In this document: piece after piece, positions 52,101-61,955 of the stretch | Position numbering within the stretch: position 1 is the stretch's first letter | How the letters are laid out: every line of letters starts with the position of its first letter | Assembly (NCBI RefSeq): GCF_021869535.1 | Contig: NW_026262734.1 | Location: 52,948,001-53,012,000, forward strand | Source of the DNA: Mytilus californianus | Lineage: Eukaryota | Direction: 5' to 3' | Length of the DNA: 64,000 bases | Program-made: the position numbers and the translations under genes | Notes under the pieces: generated by a model | Database searches by the model: none | What the model was told of the DNA's origin: nothing | The model's input: only the letters and a program-made list of their open reading frames with translations

Positions 52101-54909
52101 GAAAGAAAGAGGTAGGGCCAATATGCCGAGGATTTTTTTTCACAGAAGGGCCAATTTCAAAAAGTGCCGACAGAATAAAATTTACTATAAAAACAAAAAA
52201 TAAAAATGCTTTTTGATCAATATCTCGATTTACATATAGTATGATATGTGTGATCAATAGTTAATTTAACCCTAAAAAATGATGAAAATCCAATATCCGG
52301 ATTTTCGGGTGTTTTTATGTGGAAAAAACAGGGAATCCCCCAAGAAGGACATTTCAAACCAAAAAAAAGTTATGCTTTTTATGACTGTTGTTATACATAC
52401 TACTTTTTACTTCAAAAATGAAATTGGTTTAGTGTGTCCTTATTACATAAAAAACAACTTTTTAAAGAAAAAATTGTAACATCGATAAATTGTACCGATA
52501 TACCTTCTAAATAAGAGTCATAATGATCAGAATCGCCGTAGCTCCACCATTAGAGCACAGAACTACTAATAAATGATGAATTTGAAGAAAGGGTTCGAAC
52601 CTCGCTCAGAACTTTTGCATTTTTTTGTGTTGTTATATTAAATTTTAAAGTTTCTATCATATTTTTTCGGATGTTTGCTTGACTCATAGAGTCATTCTGG
52701 TTCATTTTGACTATTCAGTTAGTTTACTAGTATATAATTTTACGTGTATCAAAGAAAAATAATGTATCGCTTATTGTGTGCAATCCTATGACTGTCCATA
52801 CTCTTGAATTACTTTCTATTCATGTGTTTACATTATTACGTATTTCCAAGGGACAACTGCCGTCAAATTGATGTAGGTGCCTGTACATAACCAATAACAC
52901 GAGAATTAATTCTATAGAAATTAAGCCTACATGTTGCGGGTGTAATATACACATAACTTAAAATAAGGCCATTGTATACAAGTTTCATAACAACAAAAAA
53001 CAATTCGTCGAAACCTTTTTTGAACATGGTATTATATGTAACAAATGCAGTCAACAACAATTTTGTCGCCAAATCACAAACTGTAAAGATACTAGTACTG
53101 AAATTTTTACCACCTTCTATACACGGGTACCTAACTCATCAGAAAAATAAAACAACATAACAGAACAAATCAATTACACTACAAATCGCGATTGTAGGTA
53201 AAACATCAAGAAGCTGTTGCATCTGTATCACAACGAAGGGCCGATTTGTTAAAATTACAGAAAAGGCAATAAAACATGAAGTAGTAACACAGGGTGATCT
53301 ATGACCAACTGATGTAAGATGTTCTCCGGTTTTAATTTTATATACATGTACATGTATTTTCTTGTCTTATCTTATAGACGATAAAACCTTAAAAGACCAG
53401 GACAAATACAGATATACATATTCAAAATGAGAAAATCACGATTTGAATTAGTTCGATATTATTTGGCTCCTTGACAATTTACATGGTATGGCACCTCGCA
53501 TAAAGGATGTTAATAATAAAATAAAATCAATATTAAAAAAACAATAGTCTTGGCCTTGTTTTTGTAGGAATACCTGTTCAAGGTATGAAAATAAATAATG
53601 TGACGTATTTTCTTGTACTATAATTAGCATCTATCGGGCTATTTAAAACATTATTTACCTATCTTATCGAATGAAACAAATCTCCGGCAAATTGGCCCTC
53701 CCTCTTTATTTTTTTGGATTCCTAGCAATTTTATGTTATGGTTTACGTCTACTTTGAAATTTAATTGTAATTTTATTTATTTCATATCGGTTCAGAATAA
53801 GATTCTCTTATTGGATAAAAAGGGGTAATATGACATTCATTATTTTTCAGTAATAAATTCCATCCTTCATTAACAGAACAAAACGGACCAGAAAACTGGT
53901 CGTTAACGAACTTTTACATGAGAATGACAGGTGGGCGTGGTTTCCGTCTGATAATGACCGTTGAGGCGTGGTTTCTCTGTAAATGACCGTTGGGGCGTGG
54001 TTTCTCTGTTAATGACCAATGGGGCGTGGTTTCTCTGTTTAGAGAGATTTATCCATTTTTAAAACATGTTCCTTTCTTTAATATTATATTTAATTTGTTG
54101 AATTGTTTATTATTTGTTTTTGTTAATAATAAAATTAAAGAGAACTTGATTAAGTATTTATATACTGAAAAATTGCACTAAAATGAATGGGAGTATTCCT
54201 ACAACTGGTCTTCACTCTCTGCCATACAAATCAACTACTCGAGTTCGCTTTAGGCATTTTGAATTAATGAAAATTTTCAAAACATAGTTCCTCAATGAAA
54301 TAAACATAATAGTTCTTCAAAAAAGACTGGTCATTATCGTGATACATGGACTGCCCGTAGGACAGTAATATTGACTATGACAGCGATAATGACCTCGCCT
54401 TCGCGTCATTATCGCTACCTTAGTCAATACCACTGTCCTGTGAGCGGTCCAACTATTATATAAATATTAAATCCTGAATTAAAAGGATTAAGTCGATTAG
54501 AATGTGACCTTACTCTTAATACTGTTCAATGGCATTTTAATATAATTACACCAACTATATATAGCTAACAACATTACAAATGTCTACATTCATAAATACA
54601 TATAAATATGTTACTGGTTGAGTTGACAAATAAAACTGTAAGATCAGCATAACATCAGAAGAAACCTTCTCAAGCTCAAGAGATAAATCATTGAAAAATA
54701 TTATTAAAAGTAAATGTCATAATATGGAACCTTCTGGTACTCTTGATCAAACCTCTAAAGTAGGTAAATCCCTAACTTTGTATTGTGTAACTTTTGTCTT
54801 TCGTTTGTAAGGTGGCACTAGATCAATAGCATTTCCTTTCTTCTTGAAGATAAATATAGAATTGATTTAAAAACTTACCTTTACTTCTTTCTTTTATGAC
54901 AGCTAACAT
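45793..54909 (-). CDS. Ulp1/SENP-family (peptidase C48) cysteine protease plus PHD finger; intact reading frame
   Basis: Exons 54879-54909 (ATG, tentative), 50840-50967, 50083-50136, 49073-49147, 48692-48760, 48176-48261, 47523-47625, 46901-46997, 46120-46175 and 45793-45877 are GT-AG, phase-compatible and stop-free. Motifs: SDLMSL..EELNDQIINLY, VTWFKKDDIQQYDTVIGCINDGKCHWVAVVMD (His, Asp), YPLQNDFSSCGVYCLKF (Gln, Cys). The 3' end is either 45554-45567 (DCTK*) or the 29.4-31.3 kb exons. Confidence 0.86.
51110..52030 (-). repeat. Block of inverted 36-bp satellite motifs in the first coding intron of the Ulp1-PHD gene
   Basis: Repeated AGGGTGACCAGAGGTAACCAAAGTTAATAT; spacer subtype is the reverse complement of that at 21870-22560. 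Confidence 0.8.
53923..54039 (+). repeat. Four copies of a 29-30 bp unit containing a GC-box-like GGGCGTGG
   Basis: AATGACCGTTGGGGCGTGGTTTCTCTGTT-type units starting at 53923, 53953, 53982 and 54011. Confidence 0.85.
54347..54451. repeat. Imperfect palindromic hairpin repeat with a CTCGCCTTCG centre
   Basis: GGAC..GGACAGTAATATTGACTA..GCGATAATGAC-loop-GTCATTATCGC..TAGTCAATACCACTGTCC..GTCC. Confidence 0.7.
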
Positions 54910-54996
54910 TATCCTTAAAAAATATTAAAATACAGTTCATCCATTGCTTAAGTTATCTTAACATTATCAATATCATCAACTACATGTATAAGATTA

Positions 54997-55997
54997 GGCC
55001 GTGTTCACATTGACTTAAACTCGGTGTTGTGTTAGTGTAACTCACACATTAACTAAAGATAATTGCGTTCCCATTGATAAAACTTAATGTTTACATGAAG
55101 ATTTAATCAAGACTCATCTATCATCTTTGCCGAACACATAGTTCATTTGAAAAGGTCTTCCTGAATCGATCAGACGTACACACTGACAGAAATATTTGCC
55201 ACTGGTCTTTATACTCAAACAGCGATTCACTTATAAATGCATTACTGAAAAAGGGGGAGGTTAATTGTTTGTTTGTGTAGTATCTGAGACTCGTTAAAAT
55301 ACTATTAGAAATAATAAAAAAAACATTCTCCCCTCCCTTTGACAAATACTCCTTGGATAAAAAAAAAAATAGCACTTGAAACAAACAGAAGAGATAGAAA
55401 TGTAGTGATCCTTAACATAGCAATTCTTTTTCTTCGTCTGTAAGCACGCTAATGGCAATCCTACGTTTTTAATGCGTAATCGAGACATCTTTAAACTACT
55501 GCAAATCATCCAAAATGACTTTCTTAAAGGAGCAACCACTTTACTTCAAAAAAAAGGGAGAGGGGTTCTGAGTTCTCGCGCGAAAGTTTATAATTAGTTT
55601 TTTTTCGATGGTACCAATTTATATAATATTTAACATGTTTAACACTATAATGTATGGGAAAACGTTTGATTCAGAATATTTGTTCATTCTATAATTGTCT
55701 GAATGTCTCAATTTTTTTTTTAAATCTAATTGTGGAAAAATCCACCCCCCCCCCCCCCCCTTTTTTAAAGTCAAGTGGTCGTTTATTAACTGTAGAAAAG
55801 TTGTTCGAAAATTTGAATTCGGTTCTACGTAATGAACATTTAAATGACATATAGTTTACGAGTGTGAACAAATCTTATGTACATGTAACTAAACAAGGTG
55901 TATAGATGTGAACAAATTTAATGTGAAACTAGCGTACATTACATTAAACCAAATGTAAACATGTTTACTGTACACGACGTTTGGTGTGAACACGGCC
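54997..55997. mobile_element. PIF/Harbinger-type MITE (1,001 bp) nested near the right end of the MULE
   Basis: 13-bp TIR GGCCGTGTTCACA / TGTGAACACGGCC, flanked by a TTA target duplication (54994-54996 and 55998-56000); no coding capacity seen. Confidence 0.85.
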
Positions 55998-56366
55998 TTA
56001 GTGAATTATTTATTTTGTGAATTTTTTTTATATCTACTTCTACTTAGAGTCTTAGGGTGAATATATCCTTCTAGTCTGTGATTCGAACATTTAAAAAAAA
56101 CGTGTCATCACAAATGACAAATCATGCAAAATGGATGAAACAATCATTTTGCTTTGAATGACTTAATTAAACTTAATATGCTTAAGTTTGTGTTATTCAT
56201 TGTATTCAATTGCTCGGTATGTTAATTTTACTTACAGATAATACAGACGGTGACAGGCTCTATGGTGTATTGCTAAATAGAAAGATGAATTGTCTATTTT
56301 AAGCTTTCTATTTTTAGACATGTGTTAGAACTACAATATTACTACACACAAGAGCACTATTTATAG

Positions 56367-56409
56367 GGTGACCAGTGGGCACCGTTCAGCGTAACTATTA
56401 TCCTTGTCC
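56367..56409 (-). repeat. Right terminal inverted repeat (43 bp)
   Basis: GGTGACCAGTGGGCACCGTTCAGCGTAACTATTATCCTTGTCC. Confidence 0.95.
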
Positions 56410-56418
56410 GTGCTCCTA
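56410..56418 (+). repeat. Right 9-bp target site duplication GTGCTCCTA
   Basis: Identical to 7022-7030. Confidence 0.93.
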
Positions 56419-56555
56419 CTCTATGATGTCACGTGTTAAGCGTTGAAATAGCCAATACTAATTTAACGTCTTTGTTTGGCCCGGTCGGGATTCGAACAAA
56501 CGACCTCCCGCTCTCGAGTGGAACACCTTCACATGAGACCAACCAGTAGAGCGGT
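56410..56555 (-). mobile_element. 5' half (tRNA-like head) of the SINE interrupted by the Mutator element
   Basis: B-box GTTCGAATCC on the minus strand (56488-56497), followed by SINE body that continues at 7030 once one TSD copy is removed. Confidence 0.75.
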
Positions 56556-56799
56556 AGTACATAATATACCAAAACCTCAAGTATAATAAACAATACAGTT
56601 TCACAGACTTCTCACAGTTACTAAAGCGAGCTAAAAGTATCTAACCTAAATTAAATGCGTGAATTGATATTGTAAACTACACGTAAACATCGATGATCGA
56701 CTTTAGTGTAGATTTCATGGATCAACGCTCTCGGCAAATTAAAAACTCTTGCACAAATTATTTGAGTGGTCCGAATGTGGCCAGCTGTTACAAGTCTAA

Positions 56800-56990
56800 A
56801 TTTCTATCCTAATTCAATATACCCTCATTTTCCAGTGGTATTTTAAAGTTTCACGTCCAACCTCACTGTCGACCTCCTATTGCACGACCTACCTATTGAG
56901 TATTGTATTTAAAGATTTTATGTGTTATAGTCATGAACATGCATGAAATATTTGCCACTGGATGTAAAGCAAACAACAATCAATCAACTT
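56800..56990 (+). mobile_element. Degenerate SINE 3' fragment
   Basis: Tail GCATGAAATATTTGCCACTGGATGTAAAGCAAACAACAATCAATCAA matches 5597-5645. Confidence 0.55.
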
Positions 56991-58098
56991 CATAAATTGT
57001 TCCATGTACTTAGCACTCAAAGACAAGATCTTGTAAATTGCTATAATGTACTATTTCCATTTAAATTTTTATGGGTTTTTTTTGTTTTTTTTTTTCCTTC
57101 AATTTATTACATAACTGACTGCTTATAAAAAAGTTTTAAATATTTTTTTACTATGGTTCTTATCTACTGTTTTAATACGATTTATAACATGATGTTTTGT
57201 CAGGCAAGGATAAAACTAAGAAAGGTAAAAGTTATTTCAGGTGTTTTGCTTCAGTTGGACATAAAATGGGAATAATATAATACATATAATACATCTATCT
57301 ACGAATATATGTCACCTAAACACGTTTTGATCGGGTCAGAGAAACCTAGTTGATGCTATAGATGTCACATTTATGCTTTTTAATACGATTTTATTCATTG
57401 AAGTTTGCATGCATAGTTTTTATTTTAAAAAAACCCAAAACAAGATCTATTAATTAATTGAACTGAACAGACAACACTAATTATTTTGCATTCGCATGTA
57501 ACGTAGTGTAGGAAAATTACAGAATCAAAAAGGAATGAACATTTACCGGATGAATATTGTTCAGGACCTTATGCATCTAGGTCTGTTCGATTAAAAGTTC
57601 TGAAACAAGCTGTTTAAAAAGCTAATTGATGGAAGAATTTACTTACTGTTTTCTTATGTCTGGTCTGTTTCATGATTACTGACAGTTTAAAAACATCAAA
57701 TATATATATAACAAGAAGTTGTTGTGCAGAATATTCATTGGTCAGTTATAAATGAGGTATGTACAGGGTTTTGAATGCCTCATTTATTAAATAAGAAATC
57801 ATTATTTTGAAAAGTTGGATTCAAAAATATAAATTTACCCCCTAATTTTGTAAAACTATCATTTGGTGTTATTTCAATGCTAAACAAAATATAATAAATG
57901 AATAATCGAATGATGCACTGCCATTTAATCGGTCCGTTTCCGTTGCAATTTGGTAAATGTTAATTGTATATATCAGTCTGAGTACTGTTTAACTATCATT
58001 TAAGGTGAACATATTTAGACTCGTCCAATTCAGGGGAATTAGGTCTCTGCGAGTGCTTTTTGTGTACTTTTCTTATGTTTTTGACGGTTTGTAAGTCA

Positions 58099-58254
58099 GT
58101 AAAAGTTCAATGATTACGTTAATATTGACATTAAAAGACCTCCTCACAAAAAGGGCTGTTCAAATCCCCTCGCCCTTCAGGCTCGGCGATCTGAATATCC
58201 CTTTTTGTTCGGAGGTCTTTTAATATCAATATTAACTTATCATTGAACTTTTAC
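58099..58254. repeat. Long near-perfect hairpin (~67-bp arms) with a CCTCGCCCTTCAGGCTCGG loop
   Basis: GTAAAAGTTCAATGAT...AAAAGACCTCC...AAAAAGGG pairs with CCCTTTTT...GGAGGTCTTTT...ATCATTGAACTTTTAC. Confidence 0.85.
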
Positions 58255-60619
58255 TATTACATATACATAACTGCAACTGTTGCAATGGCAAAGTTTTCAA
58301 TACACATTTCTTGATATAGTACGATTATTATAATTCATTACAGAAATCTTCATTCATAAGTGATATACTTATATGGTGTTTACAAGAAGAAAATAACAAC
58401 AGCGAGTTGTCTTACGTCACATCTTTTTTTTTATTTATAGTATTATGGGAATTTTAAGTGAACGTAAAATGTATGTAATGTCGCGTGTTTTCTTTTATTT
58501 TTGAAATTTATTATGAATGCATTTTAACGCTTTTAAAATGGTTGCCGCCATCCTTGTGTCGTTAGATTTCATATGCCACGCCTAAATAGTAGTGGAGCAT
58601 CACGTGCTTTAGTCTGTATGTCTGTTCGATATTCCGTCCGTCAACACATAAAGTTTAATTTTTTGGTCAATGTAGTTTACTATGAAGTTGTTGTTATATT
58701 GATGTGAATCTTAGTACACAATCATGCTCATTTTAGTGAATCTTTTAGAGTTTTGACTCTGATTTTATGGTTTACTGATCATAAAAATATGATATATTAA
58801 TCCAATATATTTCAGCAAGGTTTAGATTTTGGTCAAGGTATTTTATCATGAAGGTGTGGTCACATTAACTAAAAAAAAAAAATATGTTAATTTATATAAC
58901 ACAATTTAATTAAACGTAATGCCAAAGTACAATTTTGAACTTGATTTCCCGATTAACTGAACATGGTAATTAGATAGTGCAATGAGTATAGTGTCTATGG
59001 ATACATATTCTTGTTTGAAATGTATTTCTCGTAATTATTTACAGTCGTTTATTTCTATTTTGGTTTGCTGGTGTTAATTGTTTGTTGTCGTATTAATTTG
59101 TAATCGTACCTTAATTCATCAATGATATACCAATGTACGTACCAATTAGGTTCTGCTTTACACATTTTCTGTCCTTTGATATCATTGAAAACTATTCCAT
59201 ATGAAAAACTGTCAAAAATATATGTGTCAAATAATTGGAAAGTGAACACCTATAAAACAAATAAGGATTCTAGGTATTTCTCTGAAATTTGAAAAAAAGA
59301 TAAACGTCTGATTCACAAATGGTCACTTCCGCTTCCGGTATTTTGCAATGGCGTTGTCAGTTTTTTTTTCTTACGAGTTTTGAATGTCTATTTAATTCTG
59401 ATATTACATTTACGATAGATCTACTGAACTGTGCATGTTCTGTATAATTGTAATTGTATTATTATGTAAAGGAGAAGAAGAAGTTGGTTAAACTTGTGTC
59501 CGATCCTATTTGTTTCTTTGAGCAAATAAAATCGTTTTAAACTGAATTGAATGTCTACTTCGTATCTTTCGCCTCTTTTTTTCGCGACGCCATAAGGTAG
59601 CTTATATCTTATATACATCTTGAATATATGGTTATTAGGCACTTTACATTGCAACAAGTTAGAAAAAAACGAAACTTCTACCAGTTTGCAATTTAGAACA
59701 ATGATCTACATCACAAAGGAAATAAATATCAAAATTAATGCGTTTTCGGATTAAATACGACATCCTGCGAATGTAACGAACAAATCAATGTAAATTGTCG
59801 ATATCTTTAACTATTGCAAATGAGTTATGAAAACAAGAAAAACTCTTACAAACAATAGTCCATTGGAGTTTGGTAATTTTTTTTTTTTTTTTTTTACTTT
59901 GTACTTACATGTTTATTTTGATATATTTACACAAGTAACAGTTACTAAACTTAGCAGGGAAACGGATTGAATACTTTATAGCAGATACGTCTGACTCAGT
60001 GGTTTACAGGTCTGTACATGATAAGATGACCTTTTATCGACGCAATATAGGATTTGCTTGATAATTAATGTAAAGGTATTTATTTTGAAAACGTCAGATG
60101 GGACATACATTTTAAGCTTATATTAAAATGTAAACGATGAACAAATTCTTATATTTACATCGCAATACGTCGGAAGGAAAAAGATAGTGAACTACTTGTT
60201 TCAAAAAAGTTTATTATCACTCATGCACAGACATGTAATATATAAAAGTAATTCCTTAATCATTTTTCCATATTTAAAAAGAAGGGCCATTTTTCCATGT
60301 ATTGATATTCCTTAAGGGATCAGAGCCTTTAAGTTGTCAAATCTTAGCAGCATGAAATTTAATATTAGGGAGTATATATCATATATTTAACCTTGTGTTT
60401 CACGTTTTGATATATTTCCATAAATCAAAAAAATATTTATCGCTAAATGTTGCTGTATTTATACATGTTTCGTTTCGAGTTTGCATTAACCATGTTTTTG
60501 AAGGATATTGCTTACCAAATGAATGAATAATTTGTACCCGAAAGACAATACATTGCTTTACTTCTAAAATAATTTAATATTATTTATGATAATAAAATTA
60601 GATGATGTCGTAGGATTTC

Positions 60620-61130
60620 AAACTCTCAAACAGAGACCTTATAATGTAGATGCAAGCAACTAGACCTTCGACAATGAGGGAATCCCATACCTCATTGTAA
60701 ACTATAAAAGTCCAGACATGACAAAGTGTTAAACAATCTATATAGGAAAACCAAGATCACCGTTTATAACAACAAACGAAAATCAAATATGCTATACAGC
60801 ATCAAACAATAAACTGTGAATAACATGCTCATGACTCCTACAGACACATGCAGAAGTGGCGGGGTTAAATATGTTTGCCAGCGCCCCTAACCTTGGACAG
60901 TAGTAACAGCACAACATAAGAACAAACTATAAAAACAGTTGAAAGGTCTTGACTCATCAGATCGATATATAACACAAAAACAACTTAACAATAAAAAACA
61001 CCAACGACACAAAGCACCGATTTTAGAGTACGTGCAATTGCTGAAAGCTATTTCAAAGCCGATAACTAAACAAAATCATGTATCCAAGACAATGTCAATC
61101 CGTAAATATAAAGACGTCATAAATATTCAA
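60620..61130. mobile_element. Degenerate high-copy mussel-type non-autonomous repeat (Helitron/Helentron-like)
   Basis: Contains GGCGGGGTTAAATATGTT...CCTAACCTTGGACAG...AACATAAGAACAAACTATAAAA...CTCATCAGAT, which I recall as an abundant Mytilus repeat; not verified. Confidence 0.45.
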
Positions 61131-61598
61131 GGAAAACATAATATTAAACAAACTATACATATTTGGCTGTGATACTATGAATTTAAATAAATATTAAAAA
61201 ACAATATGTGAAAATGGTCCTGTTGTGAAATATTTTTAGAGGAAATTGGCCCTACTACTTTTTGTTTCCCCTACAGTAAAGCAAATTACAATTGGTTTAC
61301 CTTCAATGGCTATTCCAAAAATATAGCACACGACATATAAAAGCATATAATATTAATACTCTCTTTCAAAAAAAGTTGGAAATACTTTATTAAAATAGGC
61401 AAAACATGTTGCTGCAATTATATTCGACTTATTTCGTTACAGATGAAAATAAAAGTTTAATATAAACATGCATTTTTTTCATAAGAATTGTGTTTGCGTT
61501 AAACATGAATGCCTATGTTTATTGAAATAAACAAAATTTATTCAAATAAAATCTACCTTAATACGATTATTTAAACAATACTTATTTTACATTTATAA

Positions 61599-61955
61599 TT
61601 GTGCGCTTTTTACCTTCATCAGAAACGCTATAAACCGAGTATTTGAAAACCAGGTATGTATCAGAACCGAAAAAGTTGAGCAGCTATATAACCAAAAAGG
61701 ACATGAAAAATAGCCAAATCCACCTAAGGTCAACCTCGCCTGGTGGAGTTAAAAGATTAGATTCTTAATAATTTCTGAATTTATATAAACAAACAATTTA
61801 AGAAAGGTTTGTTATATATCATGTCAGTACTGAAGTATTGATGTACTGAGCTGACGATACCCTCGGGGACTGATTGTCCACCAGGAGCGGCATCGATGCT
61901 GTTATAAATTATGAATACAACTCTATAAATTTCATGCGTCCGAAGCGCTTTTCTG
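61599..61955 (-). mobile_element. Penelope/retrozyme-type non-autonomous repeat with truncated hammerhead-like ends
   Basis: Minus strand has CAGAAAAGCGCTTCGGACGCA at one end and CTGATGAAGGTAAA at the other. Confidence 0.45.

Larger units (their letters stand above)
7031..56409. mobile_element. Giant (49,379 bp) Mutator-like element (MULE) carrying an OTU-transposase gene and a Ulp1-PHD gene
   Basis: 43-bp TIRs, 9-bp TSD, internal MULE DDE + SWIM transposase, and an interrupted SINE that rejoins at the empty site. Confidence 0.92.

Noticed and set aside
7031-56409. Zisupton, Polinton/Maverick or Helitron identity for the giant element
   Set aside because: Zisupton also has SWIM and Ulp1 but makes 8-bp TSDs. 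No polB, integrase, capsid or Rep-helicase was seen. The 9-bp TSD and the DxT/D..CxxH/TNNxxE motifs fit Mutator.
56470-56555. Functional tRNA gene (also the GGTTCGAACC box at 52591-52601)
   Set aside because: Only a B-box is evident, with no cloverleaf; the first is a SINE head and the second an isolated degenerate fragment.
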